The notes: generated from the letters alone by a model not told the origin. DNA of 64,000 nt from a virus (IMGVR_UViG_3300042566_000599:32346-96345); one strand, 5' to 3'; shown: positions 36,360 to 46,639, counted from the stretch's first letter. Numbers and translations: made by a program.

Positions 36360-36949
36360 ATGATTGCTCCCATCAGTATTTTGATTCCATCATCGGACAT
36401 TAATAAGTTTGTTATATCTGTTCCATCTACTTGCGGAGAAATAATAGAGACATCTGAAGAAGAGTCTACCCATATAGTTCCAGCAGGAACGCTTGAGGGC
36501 TGAGTTGCTGAGTACACGATAGGAACAACCTGTTGACTGTATGTAAAGATATTTCCACTAGCGGTTACGTTTGAAACCACTGCGTTAGAAGAGTTTTTGA
36601 ACTCAATCAAGTTTGCTGTTTGACCCGACTTTGCCTTTATGGTGAGGCTTATGACGTTGTTTGCAGAGGATGTGATGACTGAACCTCCTGTTAGAGATAT
36701 AAAGTCATCGTAAACATCTTTGAGTCCGTACTCAATGTTTGCTAAACGGTCTTTAAGGGTGTTCCAGTTGGTTGTGGAAAAATCAACTGTTCCTACCCAG
36801 CCAGAACCTGTGGTAATACTTGTGCCTAGGTTACCCTGTAAAGCAACAACCTCTTCTTGAAGAGAGTTCACATGGGCAGCAAGGACGGTGTCTGTAAAGT
36901 CCACTTTTGTGGTGAACGACTTAACCGTTGTGGGATATGACGCTGTCAC
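36356..36949 (-). CDS. Tail fibre protein
   Basis: V.A.HVN.LQ.EV.A.Q..LG motif; tail module position. Confidence 0.6.
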   Translation of the reverse strand: MTASYPTTVKSFTTKVDFTDTVLAAHVNSLQEEVVALQGNLGTSITTGSGWVGTVDFSTTNWNTLKDRLANIEYGLKDVYDDFISLTGGSVITSSANNVISLTIKAKSGQTANLIEFKNSSNAVVSNVTASGNIFTYSQQVVPIVYSATQPSSVPAGTIWVDSSSDVSIISPQVDGTDITNLLMSDDGIKILMGAII

Positions 36950-37016
36950 TTTCCTCTTCCTTCCGACCTTAAAGGTCTATTTTCGTCTACTTGCCCCCTA
37001 TTTGTCTGCTGAACTC

Positions 37017-37727
37017 CTAGGCTATCTGGTTCATGGTTACGATTAAGGAGGGTACTGCTGGCTTTGGGCTTGATGCTGATTCGCTTTCTATTGCCATTTG
37101 AGTGGTATCAGTAGACCAAGCCAGTTGAACGTATTCATCATGTTTTAAGTCAATAAAAAAGTTCCATGCAGCAACTGCGTATTTTCCAGAATTTAAGTTT
37201 AGCCTAGTTGCAGAATTGGTTACATTAGAGCCATTCTTTTTTAACCAAATCCAGATGCTGTCTCCTGACCCTCCTCCTCCACCAGTTCTGTGGTGTATTT
37301 GGGCTGAAAACTGTACGTTATATGTTCCGCTTTCTTCTACCGTAAACTTTGAATTATCTTTTACTGCTATTCCTTCTTCATAGTCTTTGTTGTTTACTGA
37401 AAAGTTATAGGCTGTATTGATAGCAGCGGCAGTTTGGTCTGAACTACTAAACCAAGACCCGTAAGCAAAGACTCCCTGTGGTTCTTTTGAGAACTCACCA
37501 ATCCATACTGGATACTCTGGGTCACCACCTACGTAGAGGATGTAGACACCAGTTCCAATTGCAGGAGGTCTTTTAGTAGAGACAACAGGCCAAATCCAAT
37601 TCGTTACTGAGTCACTGTTAAACGAAGTGGACTGAACCTTTACCTTTAGACGCCTCAAATGAAGTGGGTCTCGGTTGTCTACGACAACTCCTCTGTAAAT
37701 TCCCTGTAATCTTTTTATAATATCCAT
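37017..37727 (-). CDS. Baseplate spike OB-fold protein (gpV/gp5-like) with C1q/TNF-like C-terminus
   Basis: YRGVVVDNRDP...RLKVKV...GGDPEYPVWIG; GTYNVQFSAQ...WLKKNG. Confidence 0.75.
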   Translation of the reverse strand: MDIIKRLQGIYRGVVVDNRDPLHLRRLKVKVQSTSFNSDSVTNWIWPVVSTKRPPAIGTGVYILYVGGDPEYPVWIGEFSKEPQGVFAYGSWFSSSDQTAAAINTAYNFSVNNKDYEEGIAVKDNSKFTVEESGTYNVQFSAQIHHRTGGGGGSGDSIWIWLKKNGSNVTNSATRLNLNSGKYAVAAWNFFIDLKHDEYVQLAWSTDTTQMAIESESASSPKPAVPSLIVTMNQIA

Positions 37728-39283
37728 TATACAAGAGTTACGTTTTCTTCTTTTAGTCTAAATATTTCATCAGAACCACTTACTAGTGAAGAGTTAAGCG
37801 CCACTGAACCTCCGTCGATATAGAACAGAGTTACTTTTGCAGTTTTTACTCCTGGCACTTGTTGCACAGAGTACTCGATATCTTGCGGGTATATCGTGTC
37901 TGCAAAGTCCATGTTTGAGTACCCAAAATCTGTTAATAGTTGATTTTTTATAGAGCCCTCAACCTCGGACGCTGTGTATTGGTCTAACTTGGTGTAATCA
38001 ACTCCAACAACAATGTCTACATAGACAGGAGGAGAGACTGTTACTGAAGTTCCTAAAAGAGTTTTATCAGACAAATAAAGTTCTACGTCAGATTCTAACT
38101 CCGTCCATTCAATAGTTGGATTGCCTGCCCCATCTAATCCTGGACTTTCATCTGCATCTGTTGTGTTTCTTGTTGGAGAAATGTATATAGTTACAGAGGT
38201 CCACACATTTGCTACAGCATTTGCTTTTCCAACTCCAGTCACTGCTAAAGCCAAATCCGCATAATCCTGCAGCGTAACTGCTCTGTTGTTTGCTCTTAAT
38301 GAGAGCGCCGCAGAGGTTCTTATTTGGTCTGTTTCTTCAGGGTCTGCTCCACCTATCGCAACGTCGTCGTTGGTTACGGTTATCGCACTTTGAATTGCAG
38401 AGACCTGAACCTCTGATAACCCAGGTAAATAGTCAATAGTGATTATGGTGTCTGGCTCTACATTTCCCAATGCGCCACCACCCACAATGTACTTAGCACG
38501 AATCTCTGAGTATAAAGTTGGGATTACTCCTGAAACTCCGTCCCCAAGTAAAACTGTAACTACATTGTCTTCATCAGATACCGCAGTAAATACTTGGTCT
38601 GTTGGACCGTAGTCAATGATATGTTGTACTTGAGTCCATTTAGTGTAAAGGTCACCGTCCTGTACATACAGTTCTATGCTTCCATCAACTACGGGGATTT
38701 GACTTAGTTCAAATGACATTCCAGGTTCTCCTGTAGAGTTCCCAATACGTTCACCGTAAATATTGACATCATCTCCAACAAGTATGATTGAACGTCCTTC
38801 AGAAGCAGGGACGGTCTCTTCTCCTGGCACTGAGGCTACAGCAGCGGGAACCACAGCAGCAGCATCGGTAGTAAAGTAGAGAGTTGTTACAGTGTCTCCA
38901 ACTACTATTTCTCCAGTAATTACTGTTCCTTCAGGAATTGTTAGTTGTGATGCTGAAGAGTTGCTGAAAGTAACATCCACTGTTGCCTGACGATAACCTG
39001 CAGGAACATATCCATACGTTTGAGCAATATTAAGCACGCTCTGACGTTGTGTCGCAGTTACGAGGAATGCTTCGTTTATACTTCGGTCTATATAGTAAGA
39101 GAGTAAATCTGCCATATAAGCAAATGCTTCTACTAAAGCAACTCCAAAGTCTGCAGGGTCAGCAGCAGTCCAGTTAGGTACACGGTCTTGGATACGTGCT
39201 ATCAATTCCTCACGAATTGAGGTGTAATCCTTGCTGGTATAGTCAAAAGCAATAGGGATATTGGACGGAGGGGTGACTGTCAT
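37727..39283 (-). CDS. Baseplate J/gp6-like wedge protein
   Basis: DYTSKDY, DFGVALVE, GGADPE, RAVTLQDY. Confidence 0.9.
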   Translation of the reverse strand: MTVTPPSNIPIAFDYTSKDYTSIREELIARIQDRVPNWTAADPADFGVALVEAFAYMADLLSYYIDRSINEAFLVTATQRQSVLNIAQTYGYVPAGYRQATVDVTFSNSSASQLTIPEGTVITGEIVVGDTVTTLYFTTDAAAVVPAAVASVPGEETVPASEGRSIILVGDDVNIYGERIGNSTGEPGMSFELSQIPVVDGSIELYVQDGDLYTKWTQVQHIIDYGPTDQVFTAVSDEDNVVTVLLGDGVSGVIPTLYSEIRAKYIVGGGALGNVEPDTIITIDYLPGLSEVQVSAIQSAITVTNDDVAIGGADPEETDQIRTSAALSLRANNRAVTLQDYADLALAVTGVGKANAVANVWTSVTIYISPTRNTTDADESPGLDGAGNPTIEWTELESDVELYLSDKTLLGTSVTVSPPVYVDIVVGVDYTKLDQYTASEVEGSIKNQLLTDFGYSNMDFADTIYPQDIEYSVQQVPGVKTAKVTLFYIDGGSVALNSSLVSGSDEIFRLKEENVTLV

Positions 39284-39696
39284 AGGTTCTCCTCATAAGG
39301 AATTAGGTTGCCTGATAATGCGATAAATCCAATTGTAGTGGATACTACTTCTTCGTTTGGAAGAGCGTAGATAATTTCTAGATTAATGGTGCCTGTAAAA
39401 GAGTCAAAAGCCGTGTTTACTGACTGAAGGTCTAGTCTTGGAAGTTGGGTGTTGAAGGAGGTTGTGACCAAGTCTTGAACAATGTCAGCAGCAGAGTCCT
39501 GGTTTTCAAAGATAGCAAGAGGAATGTCTGTCCCAAATAAGGGCCTCATAACCCTTTCGTTTACAGCGGTTCCTACTACTGACCTGACTTTGTCAGCCCA
39601 AATTTTTGATTGGTCTTTTGTTTGACTTACTTTGCCGTAAGGGTCGATTGAAAAGGGCAAAGATATTGCCACTTCGTCTTTCTTTACCTTATTCAT
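39280..39696 (-). CDS. gp25/GPW-like baseplate protein
   Basis: T..NERVMRPLFGT motif. Confidence 0.85.
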   Translation of the reverse strand: MNKVKKDEVAISLPFSIDPYGKVSQTKDQSKIWADKVRSVVGTAVNERVMRPLFGTDIPLAIFENQDSAADIVQDLVTTSFNTQLPRLDLQSVNTAFDSFTGTINLEIIYALPNEEVVSTTIGFIALSGNLIPYEENL

Positions 39697-40946
39697 CTAC
39701 TTTCCCATCTTCTTGGAGTAACCTTAAACCCGCCGCTCGTCTGCTTTATCATTGCAGAAGGTGCACTAATTTTGACTTTAGTTGGAGCCGCAATTTCATC
39801 TAAAGACATCTCAAATTCTACATTTCTAGTAGGACTTGAGGGTGCCACCTCTGGTCTTTTAGATGAGTCTTGATTTTTTCCCACCCCATCTGTCATACAA
39901 GAAAATTCCATTTCATATTTTCCAAACCAAGTAACAAAGTGCTCTACCTTAGTGATTACCCAATAACCATCAGTAAATTCCCCAGTTCCTCTAATGTCTA
40001 TCGTTTTGTAAGGGGAAACTCTTGGGTCTCCTTGACCAGTTCCTTCGGCAAAATAAGAGTACCTTGACAAAGTTGCATGCGCATCAGATAGCGTTCTAGC
40101 CATATTTGGACTTACTGATATTGTTGTAGACAGTGACTCTTTGAATAATGGCGTTTTTACATCTTTTCTAATTTTCTTTTTACTAGACGGTGAAGAAGAG
40201 TTAGAAAAAACTTTTGCGGTATAAGGGTCAACTCCTGCTATGTTTTTTTCTCTTTTATTGAACATAGAAAGAGCAGTTGAGTCTCCCATAGAAGGCACAA
40301 AAGAATCTAGTTTAGTTTGGTATACCGAAGTGTATCGAGGTATTTCATTATCTTCTGCGCTCAGAATTGGGGCTGACGTTACAAACTGGTCAATCATTTT
40401 ATCTAAAGGGTGAAAGTGAACTTCGGTACCGTATGCTTGACAAACGTACCCTATTCTTCTTGCTAACTCCTGTAGTTTTTCCCAATAGGTATGGTTAACC
40501 ATAGACTGTTGACTAAATATGGTTTTGTGAGCAGTTACCTTTGAGGTTAACTTAAACTTCTTAGATATTTCTTCAACAATTTGAGAGGCAGATTTGTTTA
40601 CCCAAATTTTGTCATCAGTTTCTTTTAATCCAAAAGCAGCCCCAATACCCTTAACTACAACTCTACGGTCCATACTCTTTTCTGTTTTTGGCTCAACTTG
40701 ATACACGTAACCATAAAATTTTCCTTTAGCCATTTGAGTTTGCCATTGAACAAGCATAATTACACCAGTTTTTAAAGCCTTCAAGTAAAAAGTAGATTGA
40801 TAGGGAAAAGAAAGTTCTATTACATCTTGTTTACCAATTTCTTGAATTAACCGAAAGTTTTTAGGTTGTTGGTTAAATCCAGGAAAGTCTGGAAATGTAA
40901 CTGAGAACTTTGTTCCTAGTCTATTTTGACGCAAGTTATCATTCAT
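39693..40946 (-). CDS. Baseplate hub (gpD/gp27-like)
   Basis: TYWEKL..LARRIGY, GDPRV, GYWVITKVEH. Confidence 0.75.
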   Translation of the reverse strand: MNDNLRQNRLGTKFSVTFPDFPGFNQQPKNFRLIQEIGKQDVIELSFPYQSTFYLKALKTGVIMLVQWQTQMAKGKFYGYVYQVEPKTEKSMDRRVVVKGIGAAFGLKETDDKIWVNKSASQIVEEISKKFKLTSKVTAHKTIFSQQSMVNHTYWEKLQELARRIGYVCQAYGTEVHFHPLDKMIDQFVTSAPILSAEDNEIPRYTSVYQTKLDSFVPSMGDSTALSMFNKREKNIAGVDPYTAKVFSNSSSPSSKKKIRKDVKTPLFKESLSTTISVSPNMARTLSDAHATLSRYSYFAEGTGQGDPRVSPYKTIDIRGTGEFTDGYWVITKVEHFVTWFGKYEMEFSCMTDGVGKNQDSSKRPEVAPSSPTRNVEFEMSLDEIAAPTKVKISAPSAMIKQTSGGFKVTPRRWESR

Positions 40947-41214
40947 TTGGAATCCTTAGTTGAGTTCCAGGTAAAATTATACTTGGGTTTATAATTTCTG
41001 GATTAAAGTCCATTATGCGCCACCATAACAGGGGGCTTCCTAAAAATCTATTAGCAAGGTTGTCTACTCTGTCAGTCTCTACCCAGGTGTATAGGAAGTA
41101 GTTAGATGATTCAGATGGAAACTCTCGAAATACAGAAACCTGAAACTTGTTAGTGCGTGAGTCACGGGCTTTGTACAACCGCCCATCAACGTACCTGCTA
41201 TCTAAAAATATCAT
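40939..41214 (-). CDS. LysM-like gpX/gp53 baseplate protein
   Basis: DRVDNLA...WWRIMD.NP...PGTQLRIP. Confidence 0.85.
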   Translation of the reverse strand: MIFLDSRYVDGRLYKARDSRTNKFQVSVFREFPSESSNYFLYTWVETDRVDNLANRFLGSPLLWWRIMDFNPEIINPSIILPGTQLRIPNE

Positions 41215-42536
41215 TATGAGGTCCTTCCTGGCTGTGTTACAGAAAGGTTTTGACTTGGATAATCAAGAAGTCTACGACAACTTAAGCGAACTGTTGAAAA
41301 TATAGGGACCATTCTGTCGTTAAAAATTGTATGGTTAACGTTTACGCTGTCAATCATTACTTTGTACCTCATTCCATCGCCTAAATGCAATTCAACTATG
41401 GAGAGGCGCAGGTATGCCCAGTCTGAGGTTGTTATGCCAAAATTATTTTTAAACGTTCCTGCAGGGCCATGTAGCACTTTAAACAAGTACTCAAGGTCAT
41501 GCATGGTTCCTTTTTTGTAGATATCTTTCATATCTTCAATTGCAACAGCATCTGGGTAAGGAAATGCCGAAGCAAATCCTGCTTGTTGTCTTGCAACTCT
41601 TTGTGCAGGGTCTACGTCTACAAGTGGTCCAGATTCAAGTTGTGTTCTCTTTAGGCTTTGTGAGGTTAACCCATTTTCATTTAAGTAATTCATATCTTCG
41701 ATACGATTTAACACTAATGTAAAGTCTACAGAAGCAGCAGTGAGTCCCGTAGACACTGGAAGAGCCTCATCTTGCGGGATAAACTGTGGGTCTACCTGGG
41801 CTTGTGTAGCCCAACCCATAGTGACTTCCTTTGGATTGTAGAGAAACCTAAACCCATACAGTTGAGGGTCAATTTTTGTATTAGGAGTGTCTTTTGCTAA
41901 ACCCTTTAACTGGTCTTTAACTATCTCTTTGTCCATTTGAACAGCACCTTTTGCAGGTTTTGCATTTTTCCAAGCATCACGTGCGGTGTTATACGCCGAA
42001 TAGTTAATAGTTAATTTGTCAAGTGAAGTAGAGGTGATGCTAGTTGGATTAAAGTACGCATTTCGAATTAATGGAGCGTTGTACCTGTACGGAAACTTGA
42101 CCTTTCCACCGTTTGATTGGACTGATGGACCTGCTGGTTTTGAGGACGAAGAAGAAGGAGAAGATGTCGATTTAGAAGATGACTTCTTTTTCTTAAGAGC
42201 GTTTATCTTAGTTGTTATCTCTTTAGACCTGTTGTCTTGAATCTTCCACTTATCGTAAATTTGGTCTCTAGCATTTGCAGTAATGGCTCTGTTGTCTTTA
42301 AGAGTTTCCTTTACTGCAGGGTCAGTTTCTACAGCAATCGCTTTGCTGATTGTTTTAACTGCGTTATTCTGTTCTTCATACTGGTCGTACAATCGGTCAG
42401 CCTGAGATTGAATTAAGGCACGCTTTTTTTGCAACTCTTTTACACGTGCTTCTCTTTTACGATTGTCTTCTTTTTGTGCGTTTCTTTCTTTAATTTTGTT
42501 AAGACGTTCTTTGTAATCTTTATGGCTAGACATCAT
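41214..42536 (-). CDS. Tail tube initiator-like protein with coiled-coil N-terminus
   Basis: GFRFLYNP...F...MVP motif; position between tape measure and LysM gene. Confidence 0.55.
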   Translation of the reverse strand: MMSSHKDYKERLNKIKERNAQKEDNRKREARVKELQKKRALIQSQADRLYDQYEEQNNAVKTISKAIAVETDPAVKETLKDNRAITANARDQIYDKWKIQDNRSKEITTKINALKKKKSSSKSTSSPSSSSSKPAGPSVQSNGGKVKFPYRYNAPLIRNAYFNPTSITSTSLDKLTINYSAYNTARDAWKNAKPAKGAVQMDKEIVKDQLKGLAKDTPNTKIDPQLYGFRFLYNPKEVTMGWATQAQVDPQFIPQDEALPVSTGLTAASVDFTLVLNRIEDMNYLNENGLTSQSLKRTQLESGPLVDVDPAQRVARQQAGFASAFPYPDAVAIEDMKDIYKKGTMHDLEYLFKVLHGPAGTFKNNFGITTSDWAYLRLSIVELHLGDGMRYKVMIDSVNVNHTIFNDRMVPIFSTVRLSCRRLLDYPSQNLSVTQPGRTS

Positions 42537-45064
42537 GAACCTCCAATTGCTGAGTTGTTGGCACCGTTCTTTAGGTACCCCTCTACCATTTTTGCCAGTT
42601 TTACTGCAGCAGCCGAGTCAGCAGAATCATACTTCACTGTAATGTAAACATTTCTATCACCTGAACTGGTTTGCGGACTTGAGAAGGATGCTCCAAAACC
42701 TACAGAACCACCACCTGTTGGAAATTTGTACCCAGGGTCGTTTACTTTTCCAGAACGCCATGCAGAGTTGTTGACTGCACCCAAAATAGCGGAGACACCA
42801 GCGTCGCTCTGTAAGGCATCAACTATAGATGTGTACCCTCTATCAGAGGCTTTATTGCCTAATAATGTAGAGACGGTTGCGTTCATCCCTTGTTCCCAAG
42901 ATAAATACCTCTTTACTCCAACACTATTCATTGCTGTGGCACCAGGGCGGTCTAAAGTTGTGTTTAGAGGATTGTACATAGCAGAGTTAGCACCAATTCC
43001 AGTTACTTTTCCTCCACCACCTTCAAATCGCATCCAAGTAGTTATTGCTGAAATGTTTGAGTCAGAGTGAGGTGCTCCTAAAGAACTTAACAAATCTCTT
43101 GCCCATTCTGCCTCCTTTTTAGTTCCCTGCATACCTACGTAGGTAACATCACTTGCGTATGAGTTAGACGTAGAACTGGTAGATGTTGTTAAGTAGGAAG
43201 AACTCTTTTGTGATTTGTATAAAGAAGTTGGGTCGATTCCTCCAGCATTAGAAATAAGAGATGGGTCTACTGGATTGTTGTTTCCTTTTCGTACTTCAAA
43301 GTGTAGGTGTGGACCAGTTACGTTTCCACTTGCACCAGAACGGCCAAGCCTTTGTCCTGTAGATACGTAGTCACCTACGTTAACGTTCTTTTGACTTAAG
43401 TGCCCATATACTGTCTGTAAACCATTTGCGTGGTCTACAACAACGCCTGTTCCATAATCAGTTCCTGGATTTACACTGGATACAACACCGCTAAGTGCCG
43501 CCACCACGGGAGAGCCAATAGGCATTTCGTAGTCCATGCCCTTATGAACACCATTGGTAGAAGCCCAAATTCCAGTATTACTTTTTGCTCCAAATCCTGC
43601 AGTTACTAGAGAGCCACTCTTTTGTTTTGTGGTTGTAGACGCGTTAAATCCAGCACCATAGCCTGGACTACCACTACCAAGTGCTACTCCAAGACCTGCA
43701 CCAGCAAGTGCAGCACCAGGAATTGCACCAAATCCAGTGGCAGCAAGTCCCGCGCCACCAGCCATGAGTAATCCACCAATAATTGTCTTCTTTATTCCAC
43801 CAAATACGCTTGGTGCAGCAGTTGCAAGCCCTTGTCCAGCGTTCGTTCCCGCAACACCTGAAATAAGTCCTTTTAGGTATCCAAGTGGCTCAATCACTTC
43901 CAGTAATGCTCTATTAAAAGTCTCAACTGTGTCAGCAGCGTTTTCAAATCCTTTTAACATTGAGGATTCGCCTCTAAGCATTAACTCTGTCTGTGATGCA
44001 TTTAAGCGTCCTTGAGATGTGAGCATTGTGTTTTGGTTATCACCTAATGGTTTAGAAGTAGACAAGTCACCTGTTCCACCCATTGTGATGTCACGCATTG
44101 ATTGGAGAAGCATCGTCTGTTGCGCTTCATCAAATCCCATAGTTCTTAGGTTGGCACCTAAAAATCCTCTATAGAAAGATTGATTTAAAGATTCAACATT
44201 ACTGAACCCACGTCCAGCAGTAACTCTTTCCATTAATTGACGGGCAATGTCGCCTGTTCCACGCATACGGCCTTGTGAATCGTATGTAGTAATTCCGTAC
44301 TGATACAGGTTTGCAGCCATTGGACCAGAACGAAGTCCTGCTAATGCTTGTGCTGCAGGAGCATTCTCCATTCCTAAGTATTTGTAAGCGTTACCGACTT
44401 CACTAGTAAGTTTTAGGTAGTCAGCGCTACCAGCACCTCCGCCAACTCCTCGTCCAGCCAGGATTGCAGACACTAGTGCGTCAGAACCAACGCTAGAAAG
44501 TCCGCCTCCCAATGCACTAAACGTTGCACGTTGCAAACTTGAACGACTAATTCCAGGCATAGTAAGTCCTGCCTGGTAATACCCAAGAGAACGACTAAGA
44601 GTTAAGTCAAGTGGTGGAGTCGCAGCATAAGCACCAGCAGCAAGACCAAAACCAATCTGACCAAGACCACCGAGGATGTTCGCTGCTCCAACTCTTCCTG
44701 GAGACATTCCTCCAGCAACCGCCAACATCGATGTACTTACTGAACTTCCACCACCACCAAACCCTGCTCCTGGAAGTGGAGTAGAGAACTTAGCCATATT
44801 GTTTTGCATGTTTTGATAGGTAGGCATTGCGCCTGTACCAGCAGCAAAACGAGCACCATCGGCTCCAGTTCCTGGTCGAGTAGTAGCGGTGGCTAGGTGC
44901 GCTCCACCGCCATTAGTTTTGAGCATTCCCTGAACGCCACCAACAACCCCTTCGGTAACTCCAGATACTTTTTCAACGGCAGCGTAGAGTTCATTTACTT
45001 TTTGGGTCAGTGTTGAAACGCCACTAGTCAAGGATTGAATATTTGACAGCATTTTGTTTGCCAT
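42533..45064 (-). CDS. Tape measure protein with M23 peptidase and lysozyme-like C-terminal domain
   Basis: Gly/Ala-rich body; HKGMD...YGHL...TGPHLHFEVR; W...EGG...YNPLNTT. Confidence 0.75.
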   Translation of the reverse strand: MANKMLSNIQSLTSGVSTLTQKVNELYAAVEKVSGVTEGVVGGVQGMLKTNGGGAHLATATTRPGTGADGARFAAGTGAMPTYQNMQNNMAKFSTPLPGAGFGGGGSSVSTSMLAVAGGMSPGRVGAANILGGLGQIGFGLAAGAYAATPPLDLTLSRSLGYYQAGLTMPGISRSSLQRATFSALGGGLSSVGSDALVSAILAGRGVGGGAGSADYLKLTSEVGNAYKYLGMENAPAAQALAGLRSGPMAANLYQYGITTYDSQGRMRGTGDIARQLMERVTAGRGFSNVESLNQSFYRGFLGANLRTMGFDEAQQTMLLQSMRDITMGGTGDLSTSKPLGDNQNTMLTSQGRLNASQTELMLRGESSMLKGFENAADTVETFNRALLEVIEPLGYLKGLISGVAGTNAGQGLATAAPSVFGGIKKTIIGGLLMAGGAGLAATGFGAIPGAALAGAGLGVALGSGSPGYGAGFNASTTTKQKSGSLVTAGFGAKSNTGIWASTNGVHKGMDYEMPIGSPVVAALSGVVSSVNPGTDYGTGVVVDHANGLQTVYGHLSQKNVNVGDYVSTGQRLGRSGASGNVTGPHLHFEVRKGNNNPVDPSLISNAGGIDPTSLYKSQKSSSYLTTSTSSTSNSYASDVTYVGMQGTKKEAEWARDLLSSLGAPHSDSNISAITTWMRFEGGGGKVTGIGANSAMYNPLNTTLDRPGATAMNSVGVKRYLSWEQGMNATVSTLLGNKASDRGYTSIVDALQSDAGVSAILGAVNNSAWRSGKVNDPGYKFPTGGGSVGFGASFSSPQTSSGDRNVYITVKYDSADSAAAVKLAKMVEGYLKNGANNSAIGGS

Positions 45065-45067
45065 TTA

Positions 45068-45226
45068 TCAATCCTTTCTACTCAAATGACTGGCTATCTC
45101 TATCCAGTTCTTACGTTCTCTAGGAGATAAGCCCTTTATCTCCGTTAATGTCCATCCTCTGTACTCTCCTGTAAGCACTGTCCACTCTGAAAGCAGTGTG
45201 CTGTAAGGGGTTACACTAGAATCGAA
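45068..45226 (-). CDS. Tail assembly chaperone frameshift extension (gpT-like)
   Basis: Frame +1 relative to chaperone encodes ...GWTLTEIKGLSPRERKNWIE...; no good independent start. Confidence 0.65.
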   Translation of the reverse strand, partial: FDSSVTPYSTLLSEWTVLTGEYRGWTLTEIKGLSPRERKNWIEIASHLSRKD

Positions 45227-46022
45227 ATAAGGTCCCGAAATTAACGGGAACTAGTACCTCTTTTCCCGTGTCGGGGTCTTCCACAGTAATGTCGTCGAAT
45301 TGAGGACCAGGAATGCGTGAATTAATTTCATCAACAATTGCTTTTCGGTCCACCAGTCCTAGGTTTCTCACTTGTTGTTTTGTCAATACTGGAGAACCGT
45401 CAATTTGCATTACGGTATTCTCAAGCATAATCGTTGTTAACTCAGCCGAAGTTTTGTCTGAATTTAAAATCATTTCTTTTTGCGCAACTCCTGTTGGTAG
45501 TTGCACGGTGTACTCATGTTTTCTTCCTTTTACGGTAAAAACACGGTCATTAATTGAATCTACAAGAACTTTAAATTTAATTTCTTTGTCAAGGTCTACT
45601 TCTACTTGTTTTAACTCATTTCCAAAAAACACAGGAACTTCCGTACTATGTCCAAATGTTGCTTTGAAAATTGCAAGGAGAAGAGTGTCTCTGTCTCCTG
45701 AAAGAAGTTGGTCAAGAATTTTTTCTGTGGCTTTTTCTTCACCAATTCTTACTGTTCCTCTTTGCAGAATGATTAATAGAGCACGCCCTACATCAGACGC
45801 TTTTGCGATTGCTTCTTCATCAGCGCCAGTTAATTCCCGCACTTCTGCCTCAGTAATGACCTCCCCAGCGGCGTTGATGTAGCCGCCAGGGAGAGTCACT
45901 ACGTTATCCGAAGGAGGAATGATTTTTACTTCTGACTGTTCTGGCTTTGTTTCAGCCATAGCCTGTTGAATAAGGTTGTTTGCCAATGCGGGATTAACCG
46001 CTGCACTAATTGTTTTCGTCAT
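45216..46022 (-). CDS. Tail assembly chaperone (gpG-like)
   Basis: VRELTGADEE, L.GDRD.LL motifs; between tube and tape measure. Confidence 0.7.
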   Translation of the reverse strand: MTKTISAAVNPALANNLIQQAMAETKPEQSEVKIIPPSDNVVTLPGGYINAAGEVITEAEVRELTGADEEAIAKASDVGRALLIILQRGTVRIGEEKATEKILDQLLSGDRDTLLLAIFKATFGHSTEVPVFFGNELKQVEVDLDKEIKFKVLVDSINDRVFTVKGRKHEYTVQLPTGVAQKEMILNSDKTSAELTTIMLENTVMQIDGSPVLTKQQVRNLGLVDRKAIVDEINSRIPGPQFDDITVEDPDTGKEVLVPVNFGTLFRF

Positions 46023-46033
46023 TTATATTCCTT

Positions 46034-46639
46034 TTAGAAGTCTGGTGCGTTTGTGGTTAGGTTTGGAGCCCAGTTAACATCGAACCCTTCGTGAACCAAA
46101 GACATCTGTTCTACGAATAGTGCGTTGTCACCTGCATTGAGGTCAGAGTATGCCACTGCTGTTGGCCATGCGTTGTACACGTGGAAACGCATTGCTGTGT
46201 GGTCAGTGGTTGATGCGTTATCACCAGCAGCATCGGAGGCTGCAGGGATTGGGTGAGATAAGACTTGAATCTCTAGGTCGCAACGAAAGTTCTGAGAGAC
46301 GCTTCGTAATGAACCGCCACCAGCAACTGTTGAGAAGAGATTACGCATCCAATCCCAGTTCTGCTTAGAGCCAAGAAGGACACCACGTTGCAGAGTGATT
46401 GGTGTGAAAGTTGTCTGACCAGGAATCTGGTGGACTGTGGTGTTGTAACCACCTTCACGATAAGGGATAGAGTCTGTCGTCACCGACATACCTGATACCG
46501 ACGTAAATCCAAAGGTTGCTGACTTCAACCCATTGAGAGTTGTGTTGTTGTTGTCCTGTGGGATAAAGGTTACCAAGAACCTAAAGTTACGTAACGGGTC
46601 AGTGATAAGCGTCGACCGATTATTGATAATTGTTGGCAT
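46034..46639 (-). CDS. Tail tube protein (T4 gp19-like)
   Basis: DPLRNFRF, YREGG, PGQT.F.PITLQRG, YNAWP, L.HEG. Confidence 0.9.
   Translation of the reverse strand: MPTIINNRSTLITDPLRNFRFLVTFIPQDNNNTTLNGLKSATFGFTSVSGMSVTTDSIPYREGGYNTTVHQIPGQTTFTPITLQRGVLLGSKQNWDWMRNLFSTVAGGGSLRSVSQNFRCDLEIQVLSHPIPAASDAAGDNASTTDHTAMRFHVYNAWPTAVAYSDLNAGDNALFVEQMSLVHEGFDVNWAPNLTTNAPDF

Noticed and set aside
45261-45267. Canonical -1 slippery heptamer GGGAAAA in the chaperone gene
   Set aside because: The -1 frame hits TAA within about seven codons and the -2/+1 frame hits TAG within about four, so neither reaches the gpT-like frame
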